A stretch of DNA of 63,896 bases, the filler included, from Octopus bimaculoides (taxonomy: Eukaryota): NCBI RefSeq assembly GCF_001194135.2. It is 5 parts of 3 records of this genome, joined end to end, with 100 filler letters (N's around TTAATTAATTAA, not from the genome) between each part and the next. Parts side by side here need not be neighbours in the genome. Positions count along the whole stretch, not along the records: positions 1 to 26,231 come from NC_069001.1; 4 more parts are not named here. The stretch is one strand, 5' to 3'. Below, piece by piece: positions 13,341-25,221 of the stretch; the stretch's first letter is position 1; the number at the start of each line of letters is the position of its first letter. The position numbers and the translations under genes are program-made. The notes under the pieces were generated by a model. It did not search any database. It was not told where the DNA came from and worked only from the letters and a program-made list of their open reading frames with translations.

Positions 13341-13716
13341 TAAATGAATAAATATCTATAGACATCAGAAGGATCAGAAATGCAACAAAAATTTTAAATA
13401 TCTAGCTCAAATGAAAGAAGATCAGGGGAAAATCGCACATGATATGAAATTAACGAAACTCAAATTACAAAAAAACCCAAAAAAACTTCACATAACATAT
13501 TCTCTATAGCTTCTTCACGATTTTGTAGAGTGTCTCTCTTCGTGATATAATTATGCTCCATGCAATTACTGAAAGTAGTTATAACTCATTCTAACCCATT
13601 TTAGACGTCATATTTTGAAACTTGAAAAGTATCAAGTTAGACATTACTGAGGGGAAAAAATTGACCCAAAATCTAACAGAGAAAATAATATTGATTGTTA
13701 AACATACATAAAAAAT

Positions 13717-14002
13717 CAGTTCTATATTTAAGAGATCAGGAATTATGTACATTATTTACAGTTGACGGATATTTGTCTTCATCTTGTTTGTTGTCAACCC
13801 AATGTTTCGGTTGATATACCCTCCAGCCTTCATCAAGTGTCATGGGGAAATTTCGAACCTGGGTTCTCATTCCTGAGGTATTTGTTGATGTTGATGTTAT
13901 TATTATTATTATTATTATTATTCAGGTCACTGCCTGGAATCGAACTCGGAATATTGGGGTTAGCAGCCCGCGCTCTTAACCACTACGCCATATGCCCGTG
14001 GG
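13717..14002 (-). mobile_element. tRNA-headed short element with Penelope-type hammerhead tail, full-length copy 1 (ribozyme core mutated)
   Basis: Minus strand: GGGCATATGGCGTAGTGG (A box)...GAGTTCGATTCC (B box), then (TAA)n, then GACAC-TTGATGA-AGGCTG...CAACC-GAAAC-ATT. Confidence 0.85.
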
Positions 14003-15849
14003 ATACAAACAAGAAAGTAATATTTCAAATGGCAGTATGGCCGTAAAAACAGTAGAAAGATTGAGCATTTTATCCTTATATGACGGGATAAGTTGTCAGC
14101 AGACAGCCATAATAGCTTTGCCTTATTATTAGGTTCATAGGCTTACATCGACAACAATTCCTGAGGCCCACGTAGAATCGGTAAAATTTATTCAAAAGGA
14201 ATACGATAGGTAAAAGTACGAAGAATGAGTCATCGGCTGCGTGACGCTCGGCGGCTTTTGAAACGAAAACCCGAAGGATGCAACTAAANNNNNNNNNNNN
14301 NNNNNNNNNNNNNNNNNNNNNNNNNNNNNNNNNNNNNNNNNNNNNNNNNNNNNNNNNNNNNNNNNNNNNNNNNNNNNNNNNNNNNNNNNNNNNNNNNNNN
14401 NNNNNNNNNNNNNNNNNNNNNNNNNNNNNNNNNNNNNNNNNNNNNNNNNNNNNNNNNNNNNNNNNNNNNNNNNNNNNNNNNNNNNNNNNNNNNNNNNNNN
14501 NNNNNNNNNNNNNNNNNNNNNNNNNNNNNNNNNNNNNNNNNNNNNNNNNNNNNNNNNNNNNNNNNNNNNNNNNNNNNNNNNNNNNNNNNNNNNNNNNNNN
14601 NNNNNNNNNNNNNNNNNNNNNNNNNNNNNNNNNNNNNNNNNNNNNNNNNNNNNNNNNNNNNNNNNNNNNNNNNNNNNNNNNNNNNNNNNNNNNNNNNNNN
14701 NNNNNNNNNNNNNNNNNNNNNNNNNNNNNNNNNNNNNNNNNNNNNNNNNNNNNNNNNNNNNNNNNNNNNNNNNNNNNNNNNNNNNNNNNNNNNNNNNNNN
14801 NNNNNNNNNNNNNNNNNNNNNNNNNNNNNNNNNNNNACTACTACTACTACTACTACTACTACCGCTGCCTGTTGTTGTTTTCGTCATGATTTGAATCGCG
14901 GAGGAAGCAAAACAAAGAGTGTGAAGTAAAAAATCAAGAAGACATCTTTGTTTTTGTTTACGATGAAAAGCTGCAAAGGTGGGAAAAGCCATTAACGTCT
15001 GTATTGGGCATCAAAGAATGGTGAAAATCACTGAGAATCGATATATTTTATGTTCTCTATTATTAGATCAATCGCCCAGCTTCCTGCATTCTGTTGGTGT
15101 GTGTGTGTGTGTGTGTTTGCGTGTGTGAGTGTGTATGTGCGTGTATGACTATATGCGTGTGTGATTGTGTGAGTGTATGTGATTATGTGTGTGTGATTGT
15201 GTGTGCCTGTGTGTTCATATATGACTGCGTGTGTACGAGATTGTGTGTTTTTCATTTTACTAAAATATCAGCATTCATTTTGAGCAAAAATTTCTCCCCC
15301 ACTCACTCTCCATCTCTCTCTCTCTCTCCATATACCTGCGTGCGCGAACATCATGCCCCTCTGGCTGAAATCAATGAAATAATACCCAAACACGTACACG
15401 CATACACGCACCCCGCCACACATTTATACTTGTTTCCGTGTGTGTAATTGTATCTGTTTATGTAGTGTGTATTGCAGCAATTTTCCAATATTTCTACAAA
15501 AACATACATCATTGAATTAGCGGATCAATTTACACGTTTAGCAGTTTAGATGCCAAGCACCTCTTGCGAGGTTTCGATATTCCAGCAAAGTAAATAACAA
15601 CATAACAATAAAGATAACAAACTCAGAAAAACAACCCAACAAATACCATACAAACAAGAAAGTAATATTTCAAATGGCAGTATGGCCGTAAAAACAATAG
15701 AAAGATTGAACATTTTATCCTTATATGACGGGATAAGTTGTCAGCAGACAGCCATAATAGCTTTGCCTTATTATTAGGTTCATAGGTTTACATCGACTGC
15801 AATTCCTGAAGGCTACGTAGAATCGGTAAAATTTATTCAAAAGGAATAC
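14003..15849 (+). repeat. About 200-bp direct repeat pair, 14003-14208 and 15648-15849, roughly 95% identical
   Basis: ATACAAACAAGAAAGTAATATTTCAAATGGCAG...TTCAAAAGGAATAC appears twice, 1645 bp apart, with several substitutions. Confidence 0.9.
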
Positions 15850-16436
15850 NNNNNNNNNNNNNNNNNNNNNNNNNNNNNNNNNNNNNNNNNNNNNNNNNNN
15901 NNNNNNNNNNNNNNNNNNNNNNNNNNNNNNNNNNNNNNNNNNNNNNNNNNNNNNNNNNNNNNNNNNNNNNNNNNNNNNNNNNNNNNNNNNNNNNNNNNNN
16001 NNNNNNNNNNNNNNNNNNNNNNNNNNNNNNNNNNNNNNNNNNNNNNNNNNNNNNNNNNNNNNNNNNNNNNNNNNNNNNNNNNNNNNNNNNNNNNNNNNNN
16101 NNNNNNNNNNNNNNNNNNNNNNNNNNNNNNNNNNNNNNNNNNNNNNNNNNNNNNNNNNNNNNNNNNNNNNNNNNNNNNNNNNNNNNNNNNNNNNNNNNNN
16201 NNNNNNNNNNNNNNNNNNNNNNNNNNNNNNNNNNNNNNNNNNNNNNNNNNNNNNNNNNNNNNNNNNNNNNNNNNNNNNNNNNNNNNNNNNNNNNNNNNNN
16301 NNNNNNNNNNNNNNNNNNNNNNNNNNNNNNNNNNNNNNNNNNNNNNNNNNNNNNNNNNNNNNNNNNNNNNNNNNNNNNNNNNNNNNNNNNNNNNNNNNNN
16401 NNNNNNNNNNNNNNNNNNNNNNNNNNNNNNNNNNNN

Positions 16437-16545
16437 TATTTTACCGACCTCAAAAAGATGAAAGACAAAGATGGCCTTGGCGGGATTCGAACTCAGAACG
16501 CAACGAACCGAAACAAATGCTGCGAGGAACTGTGTCCGATGCTGG
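16437..16545 (-). mobile_element. SINE family A fragment
   Basis: Degenerate reverse-complement core next to a gap. Confidence 0.7.
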
Positions 16546-17271
16546 GTCCCGAATACGTCGGGGACAGTTGAAAAGGCGAATTACACGAGGAAACAAAGAA
16601 TAGGAGACACCAAGGGACCTATATGGGATGGGAATTTAAAACTGTGATGTTAAAGGTTATAAGTAATGACTGTTTTACACTTCAGTTAGATCTTGGGTTT
16701 AATTTAGAATTAAATTGTATTATGTTCGGTAAAAAACTCTACATCCCACCACCACACAACCACATACGCACACACAAATATTCACACACACTCATACGAA
16801 CACAAACAAATATACACATACGGATTAACACGCACATACATGCATACATGCACACATGCACAGATGCTCACAAGCAGTCACATACAACCGACATCCTCTA
16901 CGCGTAAAACACACACAAAGGGTAACGGGGGACCCTCGGCATAACCGTTTGAACAGACAGAAATAGCAGCCAAGTCAGCCAGAAACCACACCGATCGTTT
17001 TAATGAAGGAGCCATTGGACAACGTAAGTCTCTTGGCATGCAAAAAGAAAAAAAAGGGGTTGACGATCACACCTGGAAAGACCTTTTTCATAGGTAGGCT
17101 AGATCAGTATTTATCTGGAACCGAAAAACAATACTAACAGCAAAAACACATACATACACATATACAGTCACACACACACACTTGCACAGATACACAAGCA
17201 GCAACACATCTATAAACACAGACACATACACACAAACGTATATAAATATCAAATTGCAAGGGTTTGCTTAC

Positions 17272-17382
17272 TTGTCCCTTCATAGGATGAACGTTGACCG
17301 GGGCTTTGAAAGCCCGCCGTGTAGGCTCCCGCTTCGCCTCCTCAGGCAAGACTTTGTTCTGATGTGAACGAAAGACAGACAT
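17272..17382 (-). CDS. Candidate first coding exon MSVFRSHQNKVLPEEAKREPTRRAFKAPVNVHPMKGQ
   Basis: tccgccaatATG (A at -3), 37 open codons in unique CpG-containing sequence, ending CAA|gtaagc (phase 0). No polypyrimidine tract upstream. Confidence 0.5.
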
Positions 17383-18577
17383 ATTGGCGGAAATTTTTTT
17401 TTTCAAATTTTTCAAATGTTTTTCCTTCGTATCTTGAACGACCTTTGTCTCAAAATTTCTCCTGATTTATTTTTCCGTTACCGTTTGGCTTGTATCTGTC
17501 TCTTTTACAATTATATATAAATAAATATATATTTATATATCTAGTTCATATATGATTTGTGTTTGTATCATAGCACAGCGAGAACGATGTTCGCACCACT
17601 GATGTGACGAAGAAATGATGGCTGATTATTTGTGTTTAGGTTGGAGAATGTTTACTACAACAATGCATATGTGCATGTATGTATGTATATGAGTGTGTAT
17701 ATGCCTACGTATACCTACGTATTCACGGATTTGTTTCCGCTTGAGTGCATGTATTTATATGTACATGTGCGATACGTCTTTCTTTCTCTCCCAATATATA
17801 TGTATTTACATATATGTGTATGGAAACGTGTTTGTCGAAGAACGGTATGTTTCCGACGAAAGAAGAAAGTGAGAGAAGGTGGAGGAAGAAATGGGAGGAG
17901 TCTGTAATCACGCACGCTCAAACATGTTGATCATCGATTCGTCTTTCTATCAACAGAAAATAAAATCAATAACTACCAAAGTACACATCCCTCTTCTCGT
18001 CTGTCCATCCAGACCAAAAGCCAAGACTTCCGTTGCAAAACTCTTCTGTCTTTGACTGCTGTCATTCGGTAAGAACGAACGGGGTAGAGACCTCATTCAG
18101 AGAAGAATGGAAGTGCGATGGTAGTAGACTAAGAAAGAACGATATAATGGTCTTGTAGTTGGTTCCAGTAGCTGTGTCTCGTGTCATATCTATGTATCTA
18201 TAGTTTCTTCTCGATCTCCATACCTCGGTATAGATTTCTATACACACACACGCATGCGCGTGCACGTGTCAAATCCCGTTCGTGGTTATTTTTCGTCTCT
18301 CATTCTTTCGGGGATCGACAAAAATAAAGACCCACAAATCGACTTACCCACCCACCCACACTTAAAAAAATTTCTGACATTGGGACTCCTGTCAGAAATT
18401 TTGACCACCATGGACATCGCCACCACCAGCCGTCTCTGCTTCCCGCTCACCTCCATTCAGAGCATCATCATACCCTTATACTCATTTGAAAATTATTTGA
18501 AGGATTAAGTTTTTAATATACGAATAAATAAATAAATAAATAGATAATACAGGTCTATAGTTTCTTCTCGGTTTCTA

Positions 18578-18700
18578 TACCCAGGTTCGAAATTTCCCCA
18601 AGACACCTGACGAAGGCTGGAGGGTATATCAGCCGAAACGTTGTGTTAACAACAAACAAGATGAGGACAAATATCCGTCAAATGTAAATAATATAAATAA
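18578..18700 (+). mobile_element. Hammerhead-tail element copy 2 (tail only)
   Basis: Nearly identical to the tails at about 13.8 kb and 28.7 kb. Confidence 0.85.
18602..18647 (+). ncRNA. Minimal type I hammerhead ribozyme motif (intact core)
   Basis: GACAC-CTGACGA-A-GGCTG(10-nt loop)CAGCC-GAAAC-GTT-GTGTT. Stem I is GACAC/GUGUU, stem II is 5 bp, and helix III is reduced to the palindrome AACGTT. Confidence 0.75.
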
Positions 18701-18761
18701 ATAGATGATTGCATAAAACATATAACAGAAAAGTTACTATTTGGTGATAAATTATTGTTAT

Positions 18762-19000
18762 TTCATCCGTCTTTACGTTCTGAATTCAAATTCTGCCATG
18801 GTCGACATTGCTTTCATCCTTTCGGGGTCGATAAAATAAAGTACCGGGTCGATATAATCGATTAGTCCCCCTCCCACAAATTTCAGGCCTTGCGCCTTTA
18901 CTAGAAAGGATTATTGTTAAGGCAGCGAGATAGCAGAATCGTTAGCACGGCAGACAAAATCCTTAACGACATTTCGTCTGTCTTTATATTCTGAGTTCAA
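18762..19000 (+). mobile_element. SINE family A: 5'-truncated copy plus a head fragment
   Basis: Core at about 18775-18912; head GGCAGCGAGATAGCAGAATCGTTAGC at about 18921. Confidence 0.75.
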
Positions 19001-19242
19001 CACTTAAGGATTCTCAACGTGACACAGGATGTGACAAGGCTGACCCTTTGCATTACAGGTACTACTCAGTTCTGCTAGCTGAGTGAACTGGAACAAGGTG
19101 AAATTAAGTGCGTTGCTCAAGGACAAAGTGTACCTCTGAGAATAGCCGAATACGCTAACCACTCAGCCACGCGCCTTCGCTAAAGCAGTTGATGAAGCGA
19201 ATGTTATTTGGATTCAATTTCTACAATTGATAAAATCAATAA

Positions 19243-19614
19243 AGCACGAGCGCTCAGAGAGCGCAAACCTCCGCCAAGGCAACACCAATGTCTCTCAACG
19301 ATTAGCCGGAGGTGTTTTTAAAATGAGAATATCTGAAATAAACTCGGCTGCTCTCACAAACGAGAATATTAAAAAGGAACCTGACCGCTCTCAAAAATTA
19401 AGTAACAAAAACTGGAAAAAAAAATCCAGAATCCTTGTCCGATACCGGATCGATCCCAAAATCTAATCAGTTCGTGCCAATCATGAAGCCAAACATTCCT
19501 GAAAGTTTCATTCGAATCCATCCAGCGGTTCTTGAGATATCTTGTCCACGGACAAACAAACATACAAACACGACTGAAATAACACCTCCACCATCGCTGA
19601 GGCGGAAGTAAAAA
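19243..19614 (-). mobile_element. Non-autonomous Helentron-type (HINE/DINE-1-like) element
   Basis: Minus strand starts TTTTTACTTCCGCC...GGTGGAGGT followed by a GTTT/GTCC microsatellite, and ends with the subterminal inverted repeat CCTTGGCGGAGGT plus a GCGCTC/GAGCGC hairpin in T-rich flanks. Family assignment is by recalled structural similarity. Confidence 0.65.
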
Positions 19615-19683
19615 GTTAAAACAGAAGGATTCGGAGTAGAAATTGAAATATAAACTTCGGTGATAAATCGTGCAATGATATAA

Positions 19684-19719
<36 letters not shown>

Positions 19720-19954
19720 TCTCTCTCTCTCTGTTTCTCTCAATGTGTTCTCTACAGTGAAAATAATGTCATCTTGAGACTAGGCGAAGCTGGTACTCCG
19801 AGTGTACACGTAAACCAAAGGGGAACAGGATTGACCGAGCTGAAGGGAATCTGAGGCAGCGGAAAACTCCCCGCATCAGCTGAAATGTCTGTCAAGATAC
19901 ATAAGCCATAAACTAATCTTATCTTTCCCTTCTTTCAGGCATTCAGGGTCACTG

Positions 19955-20110
19955 ATCGATATGAAGGGTCGATATGAACAAATCGATCCCAGTATTTATT
20001 GGTTTTGTTTTTTAGTCTGGTACTTATTCTATCAGCCTGTTTTGCCGAACTGCTAAGTTACCGGGACATGAACAAACTAAAACCGGTTGCCAAGCGGTGA
20101 TGGTGCACAA
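19955..20110 (-). mobile_element. SINE family B, 3' half
   Basis: TACTTATTCTATCAGCC.GTTTTGCCGAACTGCTAAGTTAC motif. Confidence 0.75.
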
Positions 20111-20179
20111 ACACAAGCACAAGTAGACACATGCATTGGCGCGCGTGGGTGTGTGTGTATGGGTGTGTGTGAGTATGTA

Positions 20180-20223
<44 letters not shown>

Positions 20224-20675
20224 TGTGCGTGTGTGTCTGTAAGTAGGAATGCATGTATGTATGAGTGTGCCCACACGTCTATAATACAATGTTGAGTTCA
20301 TCGCTCCACTTCAAAAGTGTGGTTCATCTTTCTTTAAGAGGCTTTTTTTATTTGACAATTGCCTTTTGTTCTTCCCTTCAACACGGAAAAATAGAAGCAA
20401 CGAATAAAATACGAATAAAATATAATAAAAAGAAGACAAAAAAAAAACAGGAAGAGTTACAAATAAATAAATATATAAAGCGGAAATATATAGCTGGACA
20501 GATTATATTTTAAGCTCAAAGAGGCCTATCCCATGAGGTAAAACAATATACACACCTATATACACACATGCGTGTGTGCGTGTGTCCGTGTACGTGAGCG
20601 TGTGTGTGCGTGTGTGTGTGTGCACGTATGCCTGTATGTGAGTGTGTACATGTGTGTGCATGAGTGGATATATGT

Positions 20676-20716
<41 letters not shown>

Positions 20717-20918
20717 TACACGTCTGAATGTGTACGTGCGCAAGTGTGTATGTACGTGAGCATGTGTGTGTGTGTGTACAAATGGGGAAAAAAAGGTACT
20801 CATGATTACCATTGCACAGAAATGTTTGCATGCAAATGCATGCATGTATACATACATAGACATTAAGACCCGCAAAAGATTCGGACATCAACTGGAAACC
20901 TCCACAGATAGTGATTAA

Positions 20919-21149
20919 GGCGGCGAGCTGGCAGAGTGGTTAGCACGCCGGGCGAAATGCTTAACGGTATTTCGTCTGCCGTTACGTTCCGAGTTCAAAT
21001 TCCTCCGAGGTCGACTTTGCCTTTCATCCTTTCGGGGTCGATAAATTAAGTACCAGTTATGCACTGGGGTCGATGTAATCGACTTAAACCCTTTGTCTGT
21101 CCTTGTTTGTCCCCTCTATGTTTAGCCCCTTGTGGGTAATAAAGAAATA
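20919..21149 (+). mobile_element. SINE family A, best-preserved copy (tail type 2) with 9-bp TSD
   Basis: A box TGGCAGAGTGG and B box GAGTTCAAATTCC. AGATAGTGA occurs at 20906-20914 and 21150-21158. Confidence 0.92.
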
Positions 21150-21309
21150 AGATAGTGACATCGACAACCCAACAAGAGATGAAAGAGGTAGAGGCTTGAG
21201 GTGAATGCAGACAACCTTCGAATGTGACAGAGACTCTCTCAGACAGTATTTCCTAACTGGAGTAAAAACAAATTCATTAACTTAGTGCTGAAAGTGAAGA
21301 GAACAATAT

Positions 21310-21635
21310 TCTGGGGCACCGCCCTGGAGGATTGTAGTCGAACGAATCGAATTTTAAAGCCTGGAACTTATTCTATTTGCTAAATTACGGGGACATAAAC
21401 AAACCAACACCAGTTAGCAAGCAGTGGTGGTGGACGAACGCACACATACATACATACATACATACACAAACGACGGGGCTTCTTTCGGTTTCCGTCTCAC
21501 AAAATCTACTCACAAGGCTTTGGACCAGTCGGGGCCCATAAAAGACGACACTTTCCCAAACTGGCACGCAATGGGTCTGAACCTAGAAACACATGGTTGG
21601 GAAGCAAACATTTTACCACACAGCCACCCATGCGC
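21310..21635 (-). mobile_element. SINE family B (tRNA head, CORE-like centre)
   Basis: Reverse complement of the 51357 copy along its whole length. Confidence 0.85.
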
Positions 21636-21990
21636 TTACGCATAAGTGATTTGGTATTCCCTCTGTTACGTATTATGATACTAATTAGCAGTAGTTTATT
21701 ACAAGTGGAGTATGTCTCGGACATTTACCTATATTAATGATATCTCAAAAGATAAAATCTGTTTTTTTTTTCTTACCCTCAACTACTTTGACTAATTTTT
21801 ATGTAATTTATTTATATTTTTAAAGTTAGTTTACGCAGTTGCTTTTGTAAGTTGTCATCAATCATCACTCATCATTCATCATTACCGTCAATAACAGCAA
21901 CATCTGCTGCCGAGCGGCTAGAAAGTACACACACACACACACACACACACTCTCTCTCTCTCTCTCATACACAAATACATACGCGCGCGT

Positions 21991-22037
<47 letters not shown>

Positions 22038-22314
22038 CACGCGCACACACACATGTGCATATGCACACACAAGCACATGATTCAGGAGACCAAAATACGT
22101 GCCTGGATATGTGGAATTCTAACAACCAAATCCTTTCTGTAGAATGTGCATATGTTAAAGTCACCACCATAAAAGAGGCTAGACAAAAGTGATCTCATGT
22201 CCTGATGATGAGTCAGAGATAGCCACGCAATAACGATAACAATGAACTTAGTAAAGTTACTGTCTCAAAGAAACTGTATCCGTGCGTCCAGCAGTTAAAC
22301 GGTTTGTTCTTTTA

Positions 22315-22500
22315 TCCTTTTGACTGCGGCCATGCTGGAGTACCGTCTTAAAGGGTGTCAGTCGAACAAATCGACCCCAGGACTTATTCTTTGTAAACCT
22401 AGGACTCATTCTATCGATTACTTTTGCCGAACCGCTGTGTTACGGGGCGCATAAACACATCAGCATTGGTTGTCAAGTAACGGAGGAGCGGAACACAGAC
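22315..22500 (-). mobile_element. SINE family B, 3' half
   Basis: TTTGACTGCGGCCATGCTGGAG...GAACAAATCGACCCCAGGACTTATTC. Confidence 0.85.
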
Positions 22501-23417
22501 ACACATACAAATATATATATATATANNNNNNNNNNNNNNNNNNNNNNNNNNNNNNNNNNNNNNNNNNNNNNNNNNNNNNNNNNNNNNNNNNNNNNNNNNN
22601 NNNNNNNNNNNNNNNNNNNNNNNNNNNNNNNNNNNNNNNNNNNNNNNNNNNNNNNNNNNNNNNNNNNNNNNNNNNNNNNNNNNNNNNNNNNNNNNNNNNN
22701 NNNNNNNNNNNNNNNNNNNNNNNNNNNNNNNNNNNNNNNNNNNNNNNNNNNNNNNNNNNNNNNNNNNNNNNNNNNNNNNNNNNNNNNNNNNNNNNNNNNN
22801 NNNNNNNNNNNNNNNNNNNNNNNNNNNNNNNNNNNNNNNNNNNNNNNNNNNNNNNNNNNNNNNNNNNNNNNNNNNNNNNNNNNNNNNNNNNNNNNNNNNN
22901 NNNNNNNNNNNNNNNNNNNNNNNNNNNNNNNNNNNNNNNNNNNNNNNNNNNNNNNNNNNNNNNNNNNNNNNNNNNNNNNNNNNNNNNNNNNNNNNNNNNN
23001 NNNNNNNNNNNNNNNNNNNNNNNNNNNNNNNNNNNNNNNNNNNNNNNNNNNNNNNNNNNNNNNNNNNNNNNNNNNNNNNNNNNNNNNNNNNNNNNNNNNN
23101 NNNNNNNNNNNNNNNNNNNNNNNNNNNNNNNNNNNNNNNNNNNNNNNNNNNNNNNNNNNNNNNNNNNNNNNNNNNNNNNNNNNNNNNNNNNNNNNNNNNN
23201 NNNNNNNNNNNNNNNNNNNNNNNNNNNNNNNNNNNNNNNNNAGCTCATACTATTATCATCACACCATTACCATCACAACCGTCAATCTACTTCCGCCCTC
23301 ACCATCTCTATGCCTATTATTACTCTCACCCCAACAAGAGGAATAGTAGAAGTGTCATTGAATAGTGAGAGCGGGAGTCAAAGTATGACACACTGACACA
23401 CAGAAATTCGTTTAGGC

Positions 23418-23449
<32 letters not shown>

Positions 23450-23453
<4 letters not shown>

Positions 23454-23580
23454 GACGGGCTCACAAGGGTTTTGTCAACCTGAAGCTATAGTAGAAGACA
23501 CTTGCCCAAGGTTCCACGGAGTGGGACTGAACTCGGAACCATGTGGTTGGGAAGCAAGCTTTTTACCACACATCCACGCT
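23450..23580 (-). mobile_element. SINE family B head
   Basis: GAAGACACTTGCCCAAGG...GGGACTGAAC..GGAACCATGTGGTTGG. Confidence 0.85.
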
Positions 23581-23695
23581 TTTTCTAGCAAGTTTGTTCA
23601 TTTCACTAGCAGTTGACTCTTTCTTGAGCATTCTGCCTATCTTCCTCTGACTCGTATACAAGACAGTGGGAACTGAATTTATCTAAAATGCTTAC

Positions 23696-23928
23696 CTCAT
23701 TGAAATACCGGAAATCGTCTTCGGTTCTGGTTTCGAATTTGTTGGACGATGTCTTCACGTCTTTGCCGACTTGGGTATTGTAAGACTCGTTCCCAGATTT
23801 AAACTCTACCCGACTTCCAGTAGTCACTAATCCTTTCGCGCCGCCCTGTGTCAATGTTCTGCATTGATTTGTGGTCCGAGATCCTGTATTGTACGACATG
23901 GCTTGGTCATTTTTTTTGAATTGGGAGC
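23696..23928 (-). CDS. Internal coding exon B (233 nt, phase 1 to 0) of an unrecognised gene
   Basis: cttattcttctacttgtttctttccaaaag|GC TCC CAA...TTC AAT GAG|gtaagc. Reads (G)SQFKKNDQAMSYNTGSRTT...RTEDDFRYFNE with no stop. Confidence 0.75.
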
Positions 23929-24945
23929 CTTTTGGAAAGAAACAAGTAGAAGAATAAGCGAAGCTAATTCACTTTATTTTTAATCGTTCATGTAGAAAGT
24001 ACATGAGTTTAACCGTTTTAATTCTCTAACAGAAAGCTAGTGACCAATTTTGGACCCTAACATAGACCGAGGACCTTAAATTTGGTAGATATAAACAGAA
24101 CTCAACTGCAGAAGCCAATATTTCTTTGTCTGTAAATCAACATAGATTTATTAAGTTAACTTAAAGATTCCCGGACTAACATTTCACTGAGGAGTCTAAA
24201 AAAGACGAAACACAACATCAGCCGCTGTACTTACCAATGAAAATCATGTGATATATATCTGTGATATATAACTGTGATATATCATGTGTGATATATCTGT
24301 AGCATGGAGTTTTGTCGCGGTTTCAAAGCGACGGAAGTATTTTGACAAATTAAATTTAAATGTTGAAGTGAATCTAACGGTTTTTGTGTTTTTAAATGGC
24401 TTATAAACACCTTCCACGCTGCAATTGTATATGTATATATATANNNNNNNNNNNNNNNNNNNNNNNNNNNNNNNNNNNNNNNNNNNNNNNNNNNNNNNNN
24501 NNNNNNNNNNNNNNNNNNNNNNNNNNNNNNNNNNNNNNNNNNNNNNNNNNNNNNNNNNNNNNNNNNNNNNNNNNNNNNNNNNNNNNNNNNNNNNNNNNNN
24601 NNNNNNNNNNNNNNNNNNNNNNNNNNNNNNNNNNNNNNNNNNNNNNNNNNNNNNNNNNNNNNNNNNNNNNNNNNNNNNNNNNNNNNNNNNNNNNNNNNNN
24701 NNNNNNNNNNNNNNNNNNNNNNNNNNNNNNNNNNNNNNNNNNNNNNNNNNNNNNNNNNNNNNNNNNNNNATATTCATGTATGCATGTATGTGTATATGTA
24801 TATGTTTATGTGTGTGTCTATGTGTGTGTATATGCGTGCGTGGGTGCTTGTATGTGTGCTTGTGTGCGTGCGCGTGCATGCCTACGTACGTACGTGCGCG
24901 CGCGAGTGTGTGTCTGCGTGCGTGCGCGTACGTCTCTATGCTTAC

Positions 24946-25134
24946 CCAGTACGGTATCAGCACTGTCTTCTTGAAAAGTTTGCTTCTGGACGAGTTTCCC
25001 ATCGGAAAAAGTCTGCACAGTTCGAGAAGAAGTGGAATATGTTTTGGTAACAATGGATTGTTTTTGACCGGCAGGAGTTGAAGTGTCATCTCTCTCTGGG
25101 AAAGACATCATGAATGGTATTCCTGGGAAATTAA
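24946..25134 (-). CDS. Internal coding exon A (189 nt, phase 1 to 1) of the same gene
   Basis: tttttctcacttttccag|TT AAT TTC CCA...GTA CTG G|gtaagc. Reads NFPGIPFMMSFPERDDTST...QEDSADTVL(G), in phase with exon B. Confidence 0.8.
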
Positions 25135-25153
25135 CTGGAAAAGTGAGAAAAAT

Positions 25154-25156
<3 letters not shown>

Positions 25157-25220
<64 letters not shown>
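25157..25220. repeat. (TAA)n microsatellite
   Basis: About 21 perfect units. Confidence 0.98.

Positions 25221-25221
<1 letters not shown>

Noticed and set aside
966-21149. tRNA genes suggested by A/B boxes
   Set aside because: The boxes are SINE heads attached to repeat bodies, and I could not form a complete cloverleaf with a paired acceptor stem.
24235-24300. Micro-exon ending TTG|gtaagt between exons A and B
   Set aside because: It overlaps a ~13-bp TGTGATATAT tandem repeat and has several equally weak acceptors.
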